The notes under the pieces were generated by a model. The model was not told where the DNA came from, did not search any database, and saw only the letters and a list, made by a program, of their open reading frames with translations. A DNA stretch of 64,000 bases from Octopus bimaculoides. Taxonomy: Eukaryota. How positions within the stretch are numbered: the stretch's first letter is position 1; every line of letters starts with the position of its first letter. Location: assembly GCF_001194135.2 (NCBI RefSeq), contig NC_068992.1:65981247-66045246 (forward strand), written 5' to 3'. Below, piece after piece: positions 1 through 12,296 of the stretch. The translations under genes and the position numbers were made by a program.

Positions 1-44
1 TTTTATTGAATAGAAACCGTTACAAGTATATTGTCTTATAAGTA

Positions 45-129
45 TGTACATATGATACATATATATATATATGATATATATATATATGTGATATATAGAT
101 GATAAATATGTATATACACATATATTATG

Positions 130-228
<99 letters not shown>

Positions 229-721
229 NNNNNNNNNNNNNNNNNNNNNNNNNNNNNNNNNNNNNNNNNNNNNNNNNNNNNNNNNNNNNNNNNNNNNNNN
301 NNNNNNNNNNNNNNNNNNNNNNNNNNNNNNNNNNNNNNNNNNNNNNNNNNNNNNNNNNNNNNNNNNNNNNNNNNNNNNNNNNNNNNNNNNNNNNNNNNNN
401 NNNNNNNNNNNNNNNNNNNNNNNNNNNNNNNNNNNNNNNNNNNNNNNNNNNNNNNNNNNNNNNNNNNNNNNNNNNNNNNNNNNNNNNNNNNNNNNNNNNN
501 NNNNNNNNNNNNNNNNNNNNNNNNNNNNNNNNNNNNNNNNNNNNNNNNNNNNNNNNNNNNNNNNNNNNNNNNNNNNNNNNNNNNNNNNNNNNNNNNNNNN
601 NNNNNNNNNNNNNNNNNNNNNNNNNNNNNNNNNNNNNNNNNNNNNNNNNNNNNNNNNNNNNNNNNNNNNNNNNNNNNNNNNNNNNNNNNNNNNNNNNNNN
701 NNNNNNNNNNNNNNNNNNNNN

Positions 722-756
<35 letters not shown>

Positions 757-850
757 CAAACATACTCACACACACTCATGTATATACGAATGCTCAAGCA
801 TATATACATAAATTACATACAAATTTCAGTGTGTGTGTAAGTATATATAT
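45..850. repeat. (TA)n microsatellite spanning an assembly gap
   Basis: Pure TA on both sides of the N-run at 229-721. Confidence 0.95.
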
Positions 851-851
851 G

Positions 852-1358
852 TTCGAGGGTAAGTCAAGAAGTAATGCCGTTTTGTTTAGGACAGGTATAA
901 TTACCAACACAAGAACATGTATCATACATCAAAATGAAGCTGGTCCTCTGTGGATCACATCCCTACTTCTCAACATAGTCACCGTTTCTCTCAATAGCAA
1001 TGTTCTACCTTCGAATGAGAGCATGTATCCCTGCCCCGTAAAATTCTGTTGACTGTTATTTGAGCCACTTCACTACAGTTTTCACTTCCTCGTCACTGGA
1101 ATAATCTAGCGCCTTCAGATTAGCATCTCTTCGGCCCCATGAAGAGTGACGAGGAAGTGAAAGAAGAGTCATCAGAATTTTACAGGACAGGGATACATGC
1201 TCTCGTTTGAAGGTGGAGCATTGCTGTTGAGAGCAACGGTGACTATGTTGAGAAGTAGGGATGAGAACCATCTTCATTTTGATGTATGATACATGTTCCT
1301 GTGTTGGTAATTATACCTGTCCTAAACAAATGACATTACTTTTTGACACCCACTTACA
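852..1358. mobile_element. Mariner-derived foldback MITE built from two inverted copies of the 3' end of a mariner transposase gene
   Basis: 852-1107 and 1144-1358 are inverted copies, roughly 85% identical by eye, with a ~36 bp spacer. The minus strand of the left arm reads YSSDEEVKTVVKWLK*QSTEFYGAGIHALIRR. The plus strand of the right arm reads ...GIHALV*RWSIAVESNGDYVEK*. Both match the mariner C-terminus. The ends are TIR-like (cgagggtaagtcaagaagtaatg / cattactttttgacacccacttaca) in TA context. Confidence 0.85.
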
Positions 1359-1434
1359 TATACATACATTATGTGTATATATATATATAGAGATATATAC
1401 GTAATTTATACATTATACATGTCTGTATATATAC

Positions 1435-1475
<41 letters not shown>

Positions 1476-1609
1476 NNNNNNNNNNNNNNNNNNNNNNNNN
1501 NNNNNNNNNNNNNNNNNNNNNNNNNNNNNNNNNNNNNNNNNNNNNNNNNNNNNNNNNNNNNNNNNNNNNNNNNNNNNNNGAAATATATGCATATACATAT
1601 ATGTCCATA

Positions 1610-1665
<56 letters not shown>

Positions 1666-2491
1666 AGAGAGAGAGAGGGGGGGCATACATGTATACATAC
1701 ACGACAGATATATGTATATCTATGCGTATATATATATGTGTGTGTGTGTCTGCGCGTGTGTAACTGTGTGTGTCTGTTTTTGTATATAATTTCATCAATA
1801 TCGACAGACACGATGATTGTTACAACTTATTTTATTAGTCATTTGCATTTAATCCATCAGACGTGGTGGAAGATATGAATACACCCTATATATACATATA
1901 TACATATGTGTATATATATATATATGACCGACGTGTACATATTATTCTCTATACACCCATACACTTGCTCTGCACGTTTCATCTTTAGTTATTAACAACT
2001 GCACCGGTTTATCCACACTGACTGCCTCTATTTGCAGGGTTATCTGCCCTGTTATCATCTCCATTTACCTTGCCTCTTCAAAACCAGTTATATTCTTACA
2101 TTGCTCCCTATATGCATATACATACATTCATGTACATGTTTATATACGTATATATATATGTACATATATATACACACTGCAGCTGCTCACACACACACAC
2201 ACACACACAAATATACATGTATATATGAATATATTTATCATGTATATTTACATGTATATAATATATACTAATATACACACATATATATATATATGTATAT
2301 GGATATATAAATGTATATATATATAAACAGTTATCAATACTATTCTTGTTAATGAACAAGAATATGTATGTATATAGATATATACATACATATATATATA
2401 TATATATACTAACATATATATCATACAAACATTTGCTCTTATACATATATGTTTGTGTGTGTATATATATGTATGCATATACATACATACT

Positions 2492-2538
<47 letters not shown>

Positions 2539-2719
2539 GCATACATATTTACTATTCATTAACAAGAATAGTATTGATAGCTGACTTCGAAGTCACTGTC
2601 AATACTATTCTTGCTAAAAGAATATGCTTATACTCTACCAAATGGATTGAGTAATCCTCCCCAATTTAATGTATGATTGTTTTTATTTAAACATAAAAGC
2701 AAACACTAATATCATATAT

Positions 2720-2754
<35 letters not shown>

Positions 2755-3120
2755 CACTCATTTTATACATATATGCATACACATATACTTACACATACAT
2801 ACATGCAGACAGACATACACACACAGCTCTATACATACACTGACAGCCTTCAACTGTATTAAGACTCATCAAGTATTCCTTCTTCGTTTAAAATTAAATA
2901 TTACTATTCCAGTTAAAGTCTGTTTTGTTATTGTTAATTATTCACATTATTGTTGTTCTTCTTATTGTTGTTGTTATTGTCATTGTTCTGATTTTAGAGC
3001 GAAAGGACGCTTCTTGCTACGGTTCTGGAAAAGGAACTGTCTTACAGAGGGAGGAATTTGGAATGCCTCACTAACAGAACCAATATCTTGGACTCGGCAG
3101 AATTATCTGGGATTTTTTTA

Positions 3121-3330
3121 ATCTCTTATCTTTTATTCGTTTCAGTCATTAGACCACGGCCATGCTGGGGTACCCGCTTGAAGAAGTTTTAGTCGAATGA
3201 ATCGACCTCCATATATTTTTTTAAGCCTGGTACTTATCCTATATTTAGCGGATGTAATCAAACCAACACCGGCTGTCAAGTGGTGAGGGAGGGACAAATG
3301 CAAACATTAACACACACACACACACACATA
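3121..3330 (-). mobile_element. SINE family A, 3' (tail) half
   Basis: gtttcagtcattagaccacggccatgctgggg...gcctggtactta...accaacaccggctgtcaagtggtgaggg is the reverse complement of the tails at 27640-27835, 56295-56515 and 59770-59925. It ends at a (CA)n tract. Confidence 0.75.
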
Positions 3331-3552
3331 CATATATATCGATATATCCAAATTGAAGAAGAGGAACAGGTAAAATCTAGACAACATATGTTTCCTTGCC
3401 AGCAAATCCTCTGATGTAATCATTACACAATGAGGGGTACTAAGCTAGCTGCTCATCAGGCCGAACATATCTTCATTCTATGAAGGTTACATTGTCGTTT
3501 GGTGTGAGTAGCTAACTGACTATGCCTTGATGAGTAATTATTAAATCAGAGC

Positions 3553-3744
3553 ATCATTTACATTATTTACATTTGACAGATATTTGTCCTCATCTTTTTT
3601 GTTGTTAACAACGTTTCAGCTGATATACCCTCCAGCCTTCAGGTGTCTTTGGGAAATTTCGAACCTGGATTCTTATTCATAAGGTATTTATTGTAAATAA
3701 TGTAAATAACGTATATGATTCCTCATCTCATAAATACAGAACTG
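3553..3744 (-). mobile_element. Short Penelope-like insertion with an internal inversion, a decayed hammerhead motif and a 14-bp TSD
   Basis: tattaaatcagagc is repeated directly at 3539-3552 and 3745-3758. A 16-bp perfect inverted repeat lies at 3556-3571 / 3692-3707. The minus strand reads acac-CTGA-aggctg-gagggtatat-cagct-GAAACGTT. The Penelope assignment is inferred from this architecture. Confidence 0.6.
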
Positions 3745-4300
3745 TATTAAATCAGAGCGTCTGTTATCTAGGAGATATATGTAGCCTAGATTTTACCTTT
3801 TCCACTTCCTCGGTTTGAATTTTTATTCGCATTCATAGCAACTTTAGTTGCTAGCTTTCAGCAATACAGAAATCTCCAGTTTATCGAATTTCCTCGTAAC
3901 TTCGATATGGGAAAAAGTGTGTAACCTTCGACACCAATAAATTGTCATTGTTCCTGAACGTACACTGTCACTTTTCGTTTTCTATGCCTACCACAGACCG
4001 TGTCCTAAGCTCGTTAAGTGGGGTTCTCTGCTACCATACAGACTACAGACCATGGAAATTTATATAACCCACCCGGAACTGCAATATTTTAGGTTGCGAA
4101 AACTTGGAAAGAACCATCTGTCTTGTCTGACGTGTAAGAAATGCGATGATTTACCACATTACTCAAAGTTTCATGGACACATACGATGCTTCCCTTTCAA
4201 CGTTTTGAATGCGTCTTTATTTCGTTTCTTCACCCATATGTGTGTGTTTGTGTGTGTGTGCTTGCATTATGTATGCATATATACTTATATATATATATAC

Positions 4301-4355
<55 letters not shown>

Positions 4356-4529
4356 AGTATATATATTGGTGAGTGTGAATATATATATTATCTTTGATAA
4401 AGGATGGGCAAAGCTTCGTTCTCGTTCTCGTTACCGTAAACTAAACAACTCACACAATGGACAAACGTGATTTCAGTCATGGACATCTTCATGTAGTTTT
4501 CTTTATTCCCGCTTTGATTTTGTTCTTCA

Positions 4530-4571
4530 TGTTGCTACTGCTGCTGCTGCTGCTGCTGCTGTTGCTGTTGC

Positions 4572-4614
<43 letters not shown>

Positions 4615-4630
4615 ACTGCTGCTGTTACTG
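4530..4630. repeat. Compound (CTG)n/(TTG)n microsatellite
   Basis: Directly visible. It produces the poly-Leu stretch in ORF 4457-4801. Confidence 0.95.
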
Positions 4631-5333
4631 TTCGCTCCGTATCTTTATGTATGGAAAGCTTTCAATACTTTCTGCATATCTTTTGTGATCTTCTGTGCTT
4701 CCATCATTTCTAGCTACAGAAAACGGTACAACATGCATATGGATGTCGGACACGAACCGAAAGCATATGCAGAATGGTTTGCAAGTTTAATCGATCAGTG
4801 AAAGAAAAAGAAAACGAACACACACCACAAAGAAAACAATAATAACAATAACAACAACAACAACAATAATAATAATAATAATGATAATAATAATAATAAT
4901 AATAATAATAAGGAAATAGGTGAGAGACTTACATCAATAGAGAGATATTTAGTTTTATATGGAAATAAAGATATAAGACGTGAAAAGAAGTATTTTTTGA
5001 AGAAAAGAGACGAGTTAAAACATCTTAAAAAGAAAATCTGGAAACAAAGGTAGCACCACTTATTTGCTGGGAATNNNNNNNNNNNNNNNNNNNNNNNNNN
5101 NNNNNNNNNNNNNNNNNNNNNNNNNNNNNNNNNNNNNNNNNNNNNNNNNNNNNNNNNNNNNNNNNNNNNNNNNNNNNNNNNNNNNNNNNNNNNNNNNNNN
5201 NNNNNNNNNNNNNNNNNNNNNNNNNNNNNNNNNNNNNNNNNNNNNNNNNNNNNNNNNNNNNNNNNNNNNNNNNNNNNNNNNNNNNNNNNNNNNNNNNNNN
5301 NNNNNNNNNNNNNNNNNNNATATATATATATAT

Positions 5334-5510
5334 AGGCGAGGTGGCAGAAATGTTGGCACGCCAGGCGGAATGCTTAGCGGTATTTCGTATGTCTTCACGT
5401 TGTGAGTTCGATTTCCGCCGCGGTCGACTTTGCCTTTCGTCCTTTCGAGATCGATAGATTAAGAACCCCAACAATTTCGGGCCTTGTGCCAAAAGTAGAA
5501 GAGTATATAT
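5334..5510 (+). mobile_element. SINE family B (tRNA-like head plus central gtcgactttgcctttcatcctttc domain), internally deleted copy
   Basis: aggcgaggtggcagaaatgttggcacgccaggcggaatgcttagcggtatttcg...gagttcgatttccgccgcggtcgactttgcctttcgtcctttcg...ggccttgtgcc has A-box and B-box-like motifs. Homologous to the copies at 30613 and 39205. Confidence 0.8.
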
Positions 5511-5799
5511 ATATATAAACACACAACTAGATATCTCTGTACATCAAGACAAACATCTGAACATGCCCATATATATAGAGAGAGAGAGAGACACGCACTT
5601 ATATACACATGCATGTATATTTGTGTTAGTATGGTTATATCCGTTTGTGTGTGTGGGTGGAGAGTGAGAAAAAGAGAGAGCGAGAGATACTGAAGATTCA
5701 TCCCATTGCCACTCCATGTTTTTCGAGTCATCTATGTTTTTATGTGCACACACTCACAGATACGTACTTATGTGCGTGTGTGTATAACTATGTGTACAT

Positions 5800-5895
5800 A
5801 AGACGTCTGCAAAATTGCAGTGAGACGGAAAAAGTAAACCGGACCTAGTCGGGATTCGATCTTCGTATCTATCGTTTACCGGGTGGTCGTGGTAC
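5800..5895 (-). mobile_element. tRNA-derived SINE head fragment (unassigned family)
   Basis: The minus strand has a B-box-like gaagatcgaatcccgactagg preceded by a degenerate tRNA-like 5' segment. It does not fold into a full cloverleaf, and there is only one copy in the window. Confidence 0.4.
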
Positions 5896-6051
5896 CTTTC
5901 AAACCAAATGGAGTCTCAACAAATTTTGCAGTCGAAATCACAAATATAAATGACGCATTTTACTTCGAAAATCTAAGAAAAGCTAAGCACGTCTGTCTCA
6001 TATATACATGCATACATATATTTACGTATACATACGTACACTCATATATAC

Positions 6052-6055
<4 letters not shown>

Positions 6056-6121
<66 letters not shown>

Positions 6122-6917
6122 NNNNNNNNNNNNNNNNNNNNNNNNNNNNNNNNNNNNNNNNNNNNNNNNNNNNNNNNNNNNNNNNNNNNNNNNNNNNNNN
6201 NNNNNNNNNNNNNNNNNNNNNNNNNNNNNNNNNNNNNNNNNNNNNNNNNNNNNNNNNNNNNNNNNNNNNNNNNNNNNNNNNNNNNNNNNNNNNNNNNNNN
6301 NNNNNNNNNNNNNNNNNNNNNNNNNNNNNNNNNNNNNNNNNNNNNNNNNNNNNNNNNNNNNNNNNNNNNNNNNNNNNNNNNNNNNNNNNNNNNNNNNNNN
6401 NNNNNNNNNNNNNNNNNNNNNNNNNNNNNNNNNNNNNNNNNNNNNNNNNNNNNNNNNNNNNNNNNNNNNNNNNNNNNNNNNNNNNNNNNNNNNNNNNNNN
6501 NNNNNNNNNNNNNNNNNNNNNNNNNNNNNNNNNNNNNNNNNNNNNNNNNNNNNNNNNNNNNNNNNNNNNNNNNNNNNNNNNNNNNNNNNNNNNNNNNNNN
6601 NNNNNNNNNNNNNNNNNNNNNNNNNNNNNNNNNNNNNNNNNNNNNNNNNNNNNNNNNNNNNNNNNNNNNNNNNNNNNNNNNNNNNNNNNNNNNNNNNNNN
6701 NNNNNNNNNNNNNNNNNNNNNNNNNNNNNNNNNNNNNNNNNNNNNNNNNNNNNNNNNNNNNNNNNNNNNNNNNNNNNNNNNNNNNNNNNNNNNNNNNNNN
6801 NNNNNNNNNNNNNNNNNNNNNNNNNNNNNNNNNNNNNNNNNNNNNNNNNNNNNNNNNNNNNNNNNNNNNNNNNNNNNNNNNNNNNNNNNNNNNNNNNNNN
6901 NNNNNNNNNNNNNNNNN

Positions 6918-6980
<63 letters not shown>
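6056..6980. repeat. (TG)n microsatellite spanning a gap
   Basis: TG runs flank the N-run at 6122-6917. Confidence 0.95.
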
Positions 6981-6983
<3 letters not shown>

Positions 6984-7559
6984 TGTGTATGTGTGTATGC
7001 AAATGTAAATGGAAAGTTTTCACCATTGCAGATTCACATTTATCGCGGGCTTTCTTTTATCGCTCATCTGTGTAAAATATTCTTCAAATAAATGTCTCGC
7101 TCGCATCGAACAGTTACGTCATAAATATTGCTTCATATTCTGTGTGTTCAATAAAATTTAATCAACAGATCCTATAAAAACTATGAATTTATTGGCTGAC
7201 AGTTCGATGCCAAAGAAACTCTGCAGGATTAAACTTCTTTTGAAGTTGATTCTTCACTACCATTTTACGTTTATTCGGGAACTGACGACTCTGTAAGGGA
7301 TGGAGGTAATGATGGTGGTGGTGGTGGTGGTGGGGAGTAGAATGTTGCAACAGGAAAGACATTTGGAGATCGATAGATGAAAAATATAGATAAATATTAT
7401 AGGAAAACTTGCTATAGTGTGGGGAATAGATATGTCTTTTGAATCTCGAACACAAACACTCACGCTATATAGATCTACGTGTGAATGTGTGAGTGTGCGA
7501 GATTGAATATATATAATGTGTGTGTGTGTATTTATGTATGTATATGTATGTATATGAAT

Positions 7560-7595
<36 letters not shown>

Positions 7596-8032
7596 ACACA
7601 CACACACACACATATNNNNNNNNNNNNNNNNNNNNNNNNNNNNNNNNNNNNNNNNNNNNNNNNNNNNNNNNNNNNNNNNNNNNNNNNNNNNNNNNNNNNN
7701 NNNNNNNNNNNNNNNNNNNNNNNNNNNNNNNNNNNNNNNNNNNNNNNNNNNNNNNNNNNNNNNNNNNNNNNNNNNNNNNNNNNNNNNNNNNNNNNNNNNN
7801 NNNNNNNNNNNNNNNNNNNNNNNNNNNNNNNNNNNNNNNNNNNNNNNNNNNNNNNNNNNNNNNNNNNNNNNNNNNNNNNNNNNNNNNNNNNNNNNNNNNN
7901 NNNNNNNNNNNNNNNNNNNNNNNNNNNTATATATATATATATATATATATGTATGGTCATCCGTCGTGAAAAGAAACTTGGTCGTTGTTACCTTGAATAT
8001 ATCTTGTAAGACACATGTATGTATGTACGTAT

Positions 8033-8355
8033 GAAGGTACGTGGCTTAGTGGTTAAGGTATTGGGCTCTCGATCGTATGGTCACGAGTTCGATTCCCGGC
8101 GGTGTGTTTTGTCCTTGGGCAAGACACTTTATTTCACGTTGCTCCAGTTCACTCAGCTGGCAAAAATAAGTAGTACCTGCATTTCAAGGGGCCAATCTTA
8201 TCATACTCTGTCTCATGCTGAATCTCCCTTAGAAGTATGTGAAGGGGTACGCGTGTCTGTGGAGTACTCAGCCACTTGCACTCTAATCTCGCGAGCAAGC
8301 TGTTCCATTGATCGGATCAACTGGAACCCCCGTCGTCGTACGCGACGGAGTTCCA
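8033..8355 (+). mobile_element. SINE family C, near full length (tRNA head, central ccttgggcaagacactt domain, hairpin-bearing tail)
   Basis: A-box gtggcttagtggtt and B-box gagttcgattccc. The central domain resembles the CORE/Meta-type SINE domains (from memory). The tail ...gatcggatcaactggaacccccgtcgtcgtacgcgacggag is shared with 27150, 44965 and 62403. Confidence 0.85.
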
Positions 8356-9099
8356 GATTATCGTTATGTATGTATGCATGTATGCATACTTGTATGTGTG
8401 TATGTATGTATGTACGTGTGTATGTGTGTGTACGTATGTGTGTGCATGAGTCAATATGTACGCATGTTTGAACGTAATCATGTACGTATGTATGTATACA
8501 GCATGTATACACGCATGCATGTGTGACTGAATAAAAGTATGAATGTATACGTGTGCGTATGAGTTTCTGGAATACTGTATCTGAGAGAGAGAGAAAGGGG
8601 AGAAGGAGAGAGAGAGAAATGGGAGAAGGAGAGAGAGAGAAAGGGGAGAAGGAGAGAGAGAGGGGGAGAAAGAGAAGAGGAAGACATATTCCTCGTGATA
8701 GACACCGAAGAACAGACTGACAGACAAACAGAACATCTCGAAATTACCTCCACCCTCATATTTCCAACCCATCACAAACGCAATTTCAGACCCTAATGTC
8801 ACACTATTCTTAGTCACACATGTAGAAGGAATACGCAATATTCTACACATAACACTTCTGTGCGCAGCAAAATACAGATGTTTATATGTGCTTTTAATTC
8901 AGGACACGAAATGATGGTGTATAGAAAAAACACGGTATTGGCTGCTTATTTCTCTTGAGATTGGTCAAAGGGATGAAGACATCTCTGATGAGAATCCAAT
9001 AAGGTTCCAATATCGATTAAAGATGTCCATCATCTTTTCAATCTATGATGAAATAGTTACATTTGGCCTGTTAATATATCTTCTACAGAGGTTATATAT

Positions 9100-9352
<253 letters not shown>

Positions 9353-10978
9353 GCATCTGCGCGTGTTTTGGCCATATATTTCTGTGCGAAGACGACCAAT
9401 AGAGTTGAACGGAAATATTTAATGAGAGAGAAATATAGAAACACACCGAAGTTTCTGGAAAGAGATCGAATGAACAAAAAAACGAAGAATCAAATAGAGA
9501 GAAGAAATGGGTAAGAAAGGCGATTAAGAGCAAAAAAACTTGGGGGCGAAGAAAGTAAAGCACAACGTGTGTCTAATGGACATAATTGAGTGGAAGTCAG
9601 TAATTAGCTCTCCGTGGAGAGTTTGTGGAACAAATTGAAAGTAATAGTTTGCCAATTTGGTTGCTGATAGAATCTGACTTGTTCTTCAGCACAGAATTTC
9701 ATTCTATTTCGTGTAGGGGGAGGTATCTGTGTATGAATACAGTTAATAAAAGATTTTGTAAACTTACTGGCCACACAAATTGTTGATAACTTTGTGTCTG
9801 AGACGGAAAATTGTTTGGTCAGTGAGGGTTCAGAAAATACCATTGTTACATAAGTCTGGATCTAATTTAAATCAATCTTGTGAGATGGAGTAAATTTCAA
9901 GGTGAGGCAGAAGTATTTCATCGCTTGATTGGGAGAAAGAAACAAACAAACAAAATGGAAGGAAGCACTTCCTACATGATGTTGCTATATTTTAATGCGG
10001 AGAGACGTCGAGAGAAGTTCCAGATACAACAGTGACGTCACGATAATCGACCTTTGAAGTCTGAAGGGAAATATTATAATGTTGGAGTATGATGATATTG
10101 TACTAAAACCGGAGAAAGAGGGTCGGTGTAACACAATCGAGGTGACTCATTGATATATCCCTACTCTTATGGTATTTATAAGCCGCTGGACCCATGGATA
10201 TGCACCGCAGTAGGCAACTTCGACAAAATTCTTATTACATTTTGTATTTAAAGAACAATTCCTCCTGCTGTGAAATAGACCGCACTGGAAGCATTATTTC
10301 CACGCAGAGCAACGTGGAGCACGAGAATACTTTCTGGTCTGTTCATGGATGTACGAGAAATTCTTGTAGCAGTTTTATTTGTTTTGTTTTGTTTTGTGGA
10401 AAATCGTTCGTAATGAAGTTTCACTGTAGCTTGATCAATTTCTGTTCGAACATCATCCCTGTCATTAATGGCTGTTTATGATCGGAGTGAATCAAATGAA
10501 AAGCAACAATTGACCTGCTTTATTAAACAAGAATGCAATAATTTAATAATAATATACAAATGATTTTCTTATATAAACAAATATATACACTCACTTAAAC
10601 ACACTTTATATATGATTGAAAAGTAAACACGGATATATGGTACAGACAATGATATCGCCATTGTGGCTTTTTGCACCCTCCGCAGTCGGTGTTCATAGTG
10701 CAATCGGTTTTTGATCCATAACGGTTTTTCAGAGACAAACTTCATTACATTGTTATTAAATGCATTTGCTCTGTGTCAACATAATGTAATAAAGTGTTCC
10801 GATGGAGAACCATTGTGGATCTGCATCAAAATTCAGAATGAATAACCACTGAAGAGGATGCAAGTACCTACAATGGCGAAACGTTTGTAGGAAATAAATG
10901 ATATAAAATGCAACCTCTGTTTATCATATTTTTTTCCTGCACGAGGTGCATTCAAAAGTTTTTTTCTCGCCAGACTAA

Positions 10979-11417
10979 TACCAAGGTGCGGTTCAAAAGT
11001 ATTTTTCCCACTATGTGGTCAAAATCCTTTGGATGAGAGGTGATGTCACCCTTCCTGCACATGCGTGAACGTTTTCGTGCCAATAAGGCGCGTCGATTCC
11101 CGGCTGTCACGCCGAGAGTACAGACTGCATCGCGTTTTGTCAAAAGTTTGGTGATACTCAAGCTCAAACTATACAGAAGATTCAGCATGGCGAGGCACAC
11201 CTAAGGCAGGCCATCCACAAGCTGAAACGAGGAGCCGATTGAGAAAACTCAGCGAATAGTCATAGAAGATCGCCATGTAACAATACAACCCAGGGAATTA
11301 CTCACGAAGAACGAATAAGGACACGATCACTGCATTCCACTTTAAGGGAGGATTTGTGCATACGGAAAGTGTCGGCAAAAGAATGAGTGAAAAATACTTT
11401 TTGAACGCACCTGGTTA
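10979..11417 (+). mobile_element. Internally deleted mariner (5' part of the transposase between both TIRs)
   Basis: TA-flanked TIRs ccaaggtgcggttcaaaagtatttt (10981) and aaaatactttttgaacgcacctggt (to 11415). Internal frames give CIAFCQKFGDTQAQTIQKIQ, GRPSTS*NEEPIEKTQRIVIEDRHVTIQ and HSTLREDLCIRKVSAK, which are mariner N-terminal HTH segments with deletions and stops. Confidence 0.85.
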
Positions 11418-11517
11418 ATATGGCCAAATCATACCGAAGTTTATATCTGTATGCATATGTGTATATGGGAGTATATATACGCACACGCGCATACACACAC
11501 ACATACATATACACACA

Positions 11518-11566
<49 letters not shown>

Positions 11567-11569
11567 ATG

Positions 11570-11745
11570 TGAGACTAGAAAAACAGCCAACAACTGATGA
11601 AGGCTCGTTCTTTATGCTGTTTGTTTTGTTTTCCATTTGTGTCTTTTGTTCTTCGAAAGAATAGTTCATATTTCATGTACTCGTGTTTCGTACTTTTTTG
11701 TTGCACACGTTTCCTGACGTCCTGTGCCAACGTATGCATATATAT
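11570..11745. mobile_element. Unclassified interspersed repeat, copy 1
   Basis: Roughly 80% identical over ~170 bp to 42900-43070 (actagaaaaac...caactgatgaagg...gaaagaatagttcatatt.catgtactcgtg...tgacgtcctgt). Confidence 0.75.
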
Positions 11746-11913
11746 ATATATACGTATACATGTAAGTATGTACACATACGTATGCATATATGCATATAGA
11801 TATATATATGTATATATAAATATTATTCATATTATATATATATATTCATATATATATGCACATATATACTTACACACACCATATATATATATATATATAT
11901 ATAGATATAAATT

Positions 11914-11987
<74 letters not shown>

Positions 11988-12228
11988 ATGTAAATGTACA
12001 CATTTATATGTATTTATGTGTGTGTGTGTTTGTTTACCATCTCGTTAGACTTCGTAGAATTATTCAAATGGCTTTCTAGATTCCATGCAAATGGCTAAAA
12101 CATCTAACATTCAATTAGAGACATTTTTCGAAAATATATATTTTATTGGCCGTTCTCCATCTTCCATTTGTTGTGCTTCTTTTCTTTTTCCATTATTTCT
12201 TTCAGAAGGTAATTCCTTCCCTCCACTG

Positions 12229-12296
<68 letters not shown>

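Noticed and set aside
2998-3121. Possible terminal exon after tgattttag, open in all three frames
   Set aside because: No donor or polyA signal, no recognisable peptide, and no linked upstream exon.
4457-4801. 114-aa ORF with a hydrophobic, membrane-like stretch
   Set aside because: The hydrophobic core is just the (CTG/TTG)n repeat, and the flanks show no recognisable homology.
8033-8105. tRNA genes at SINE heads (8033, 23338, 49364, 61876, 5895)
   Set aside because: A and B boxes are present, but there is no complete cloverleaf or terminator and each continues into SINE body sequence.
9604-9843. Possible decayed CR1/L2 3' ends here and at 40100-40420, and an RTE-like C-terminus at 33470-33600
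   Set aside because: Only a few residues resemble the expected motifs and the frames are broken. This cannot be supported without a profile search.
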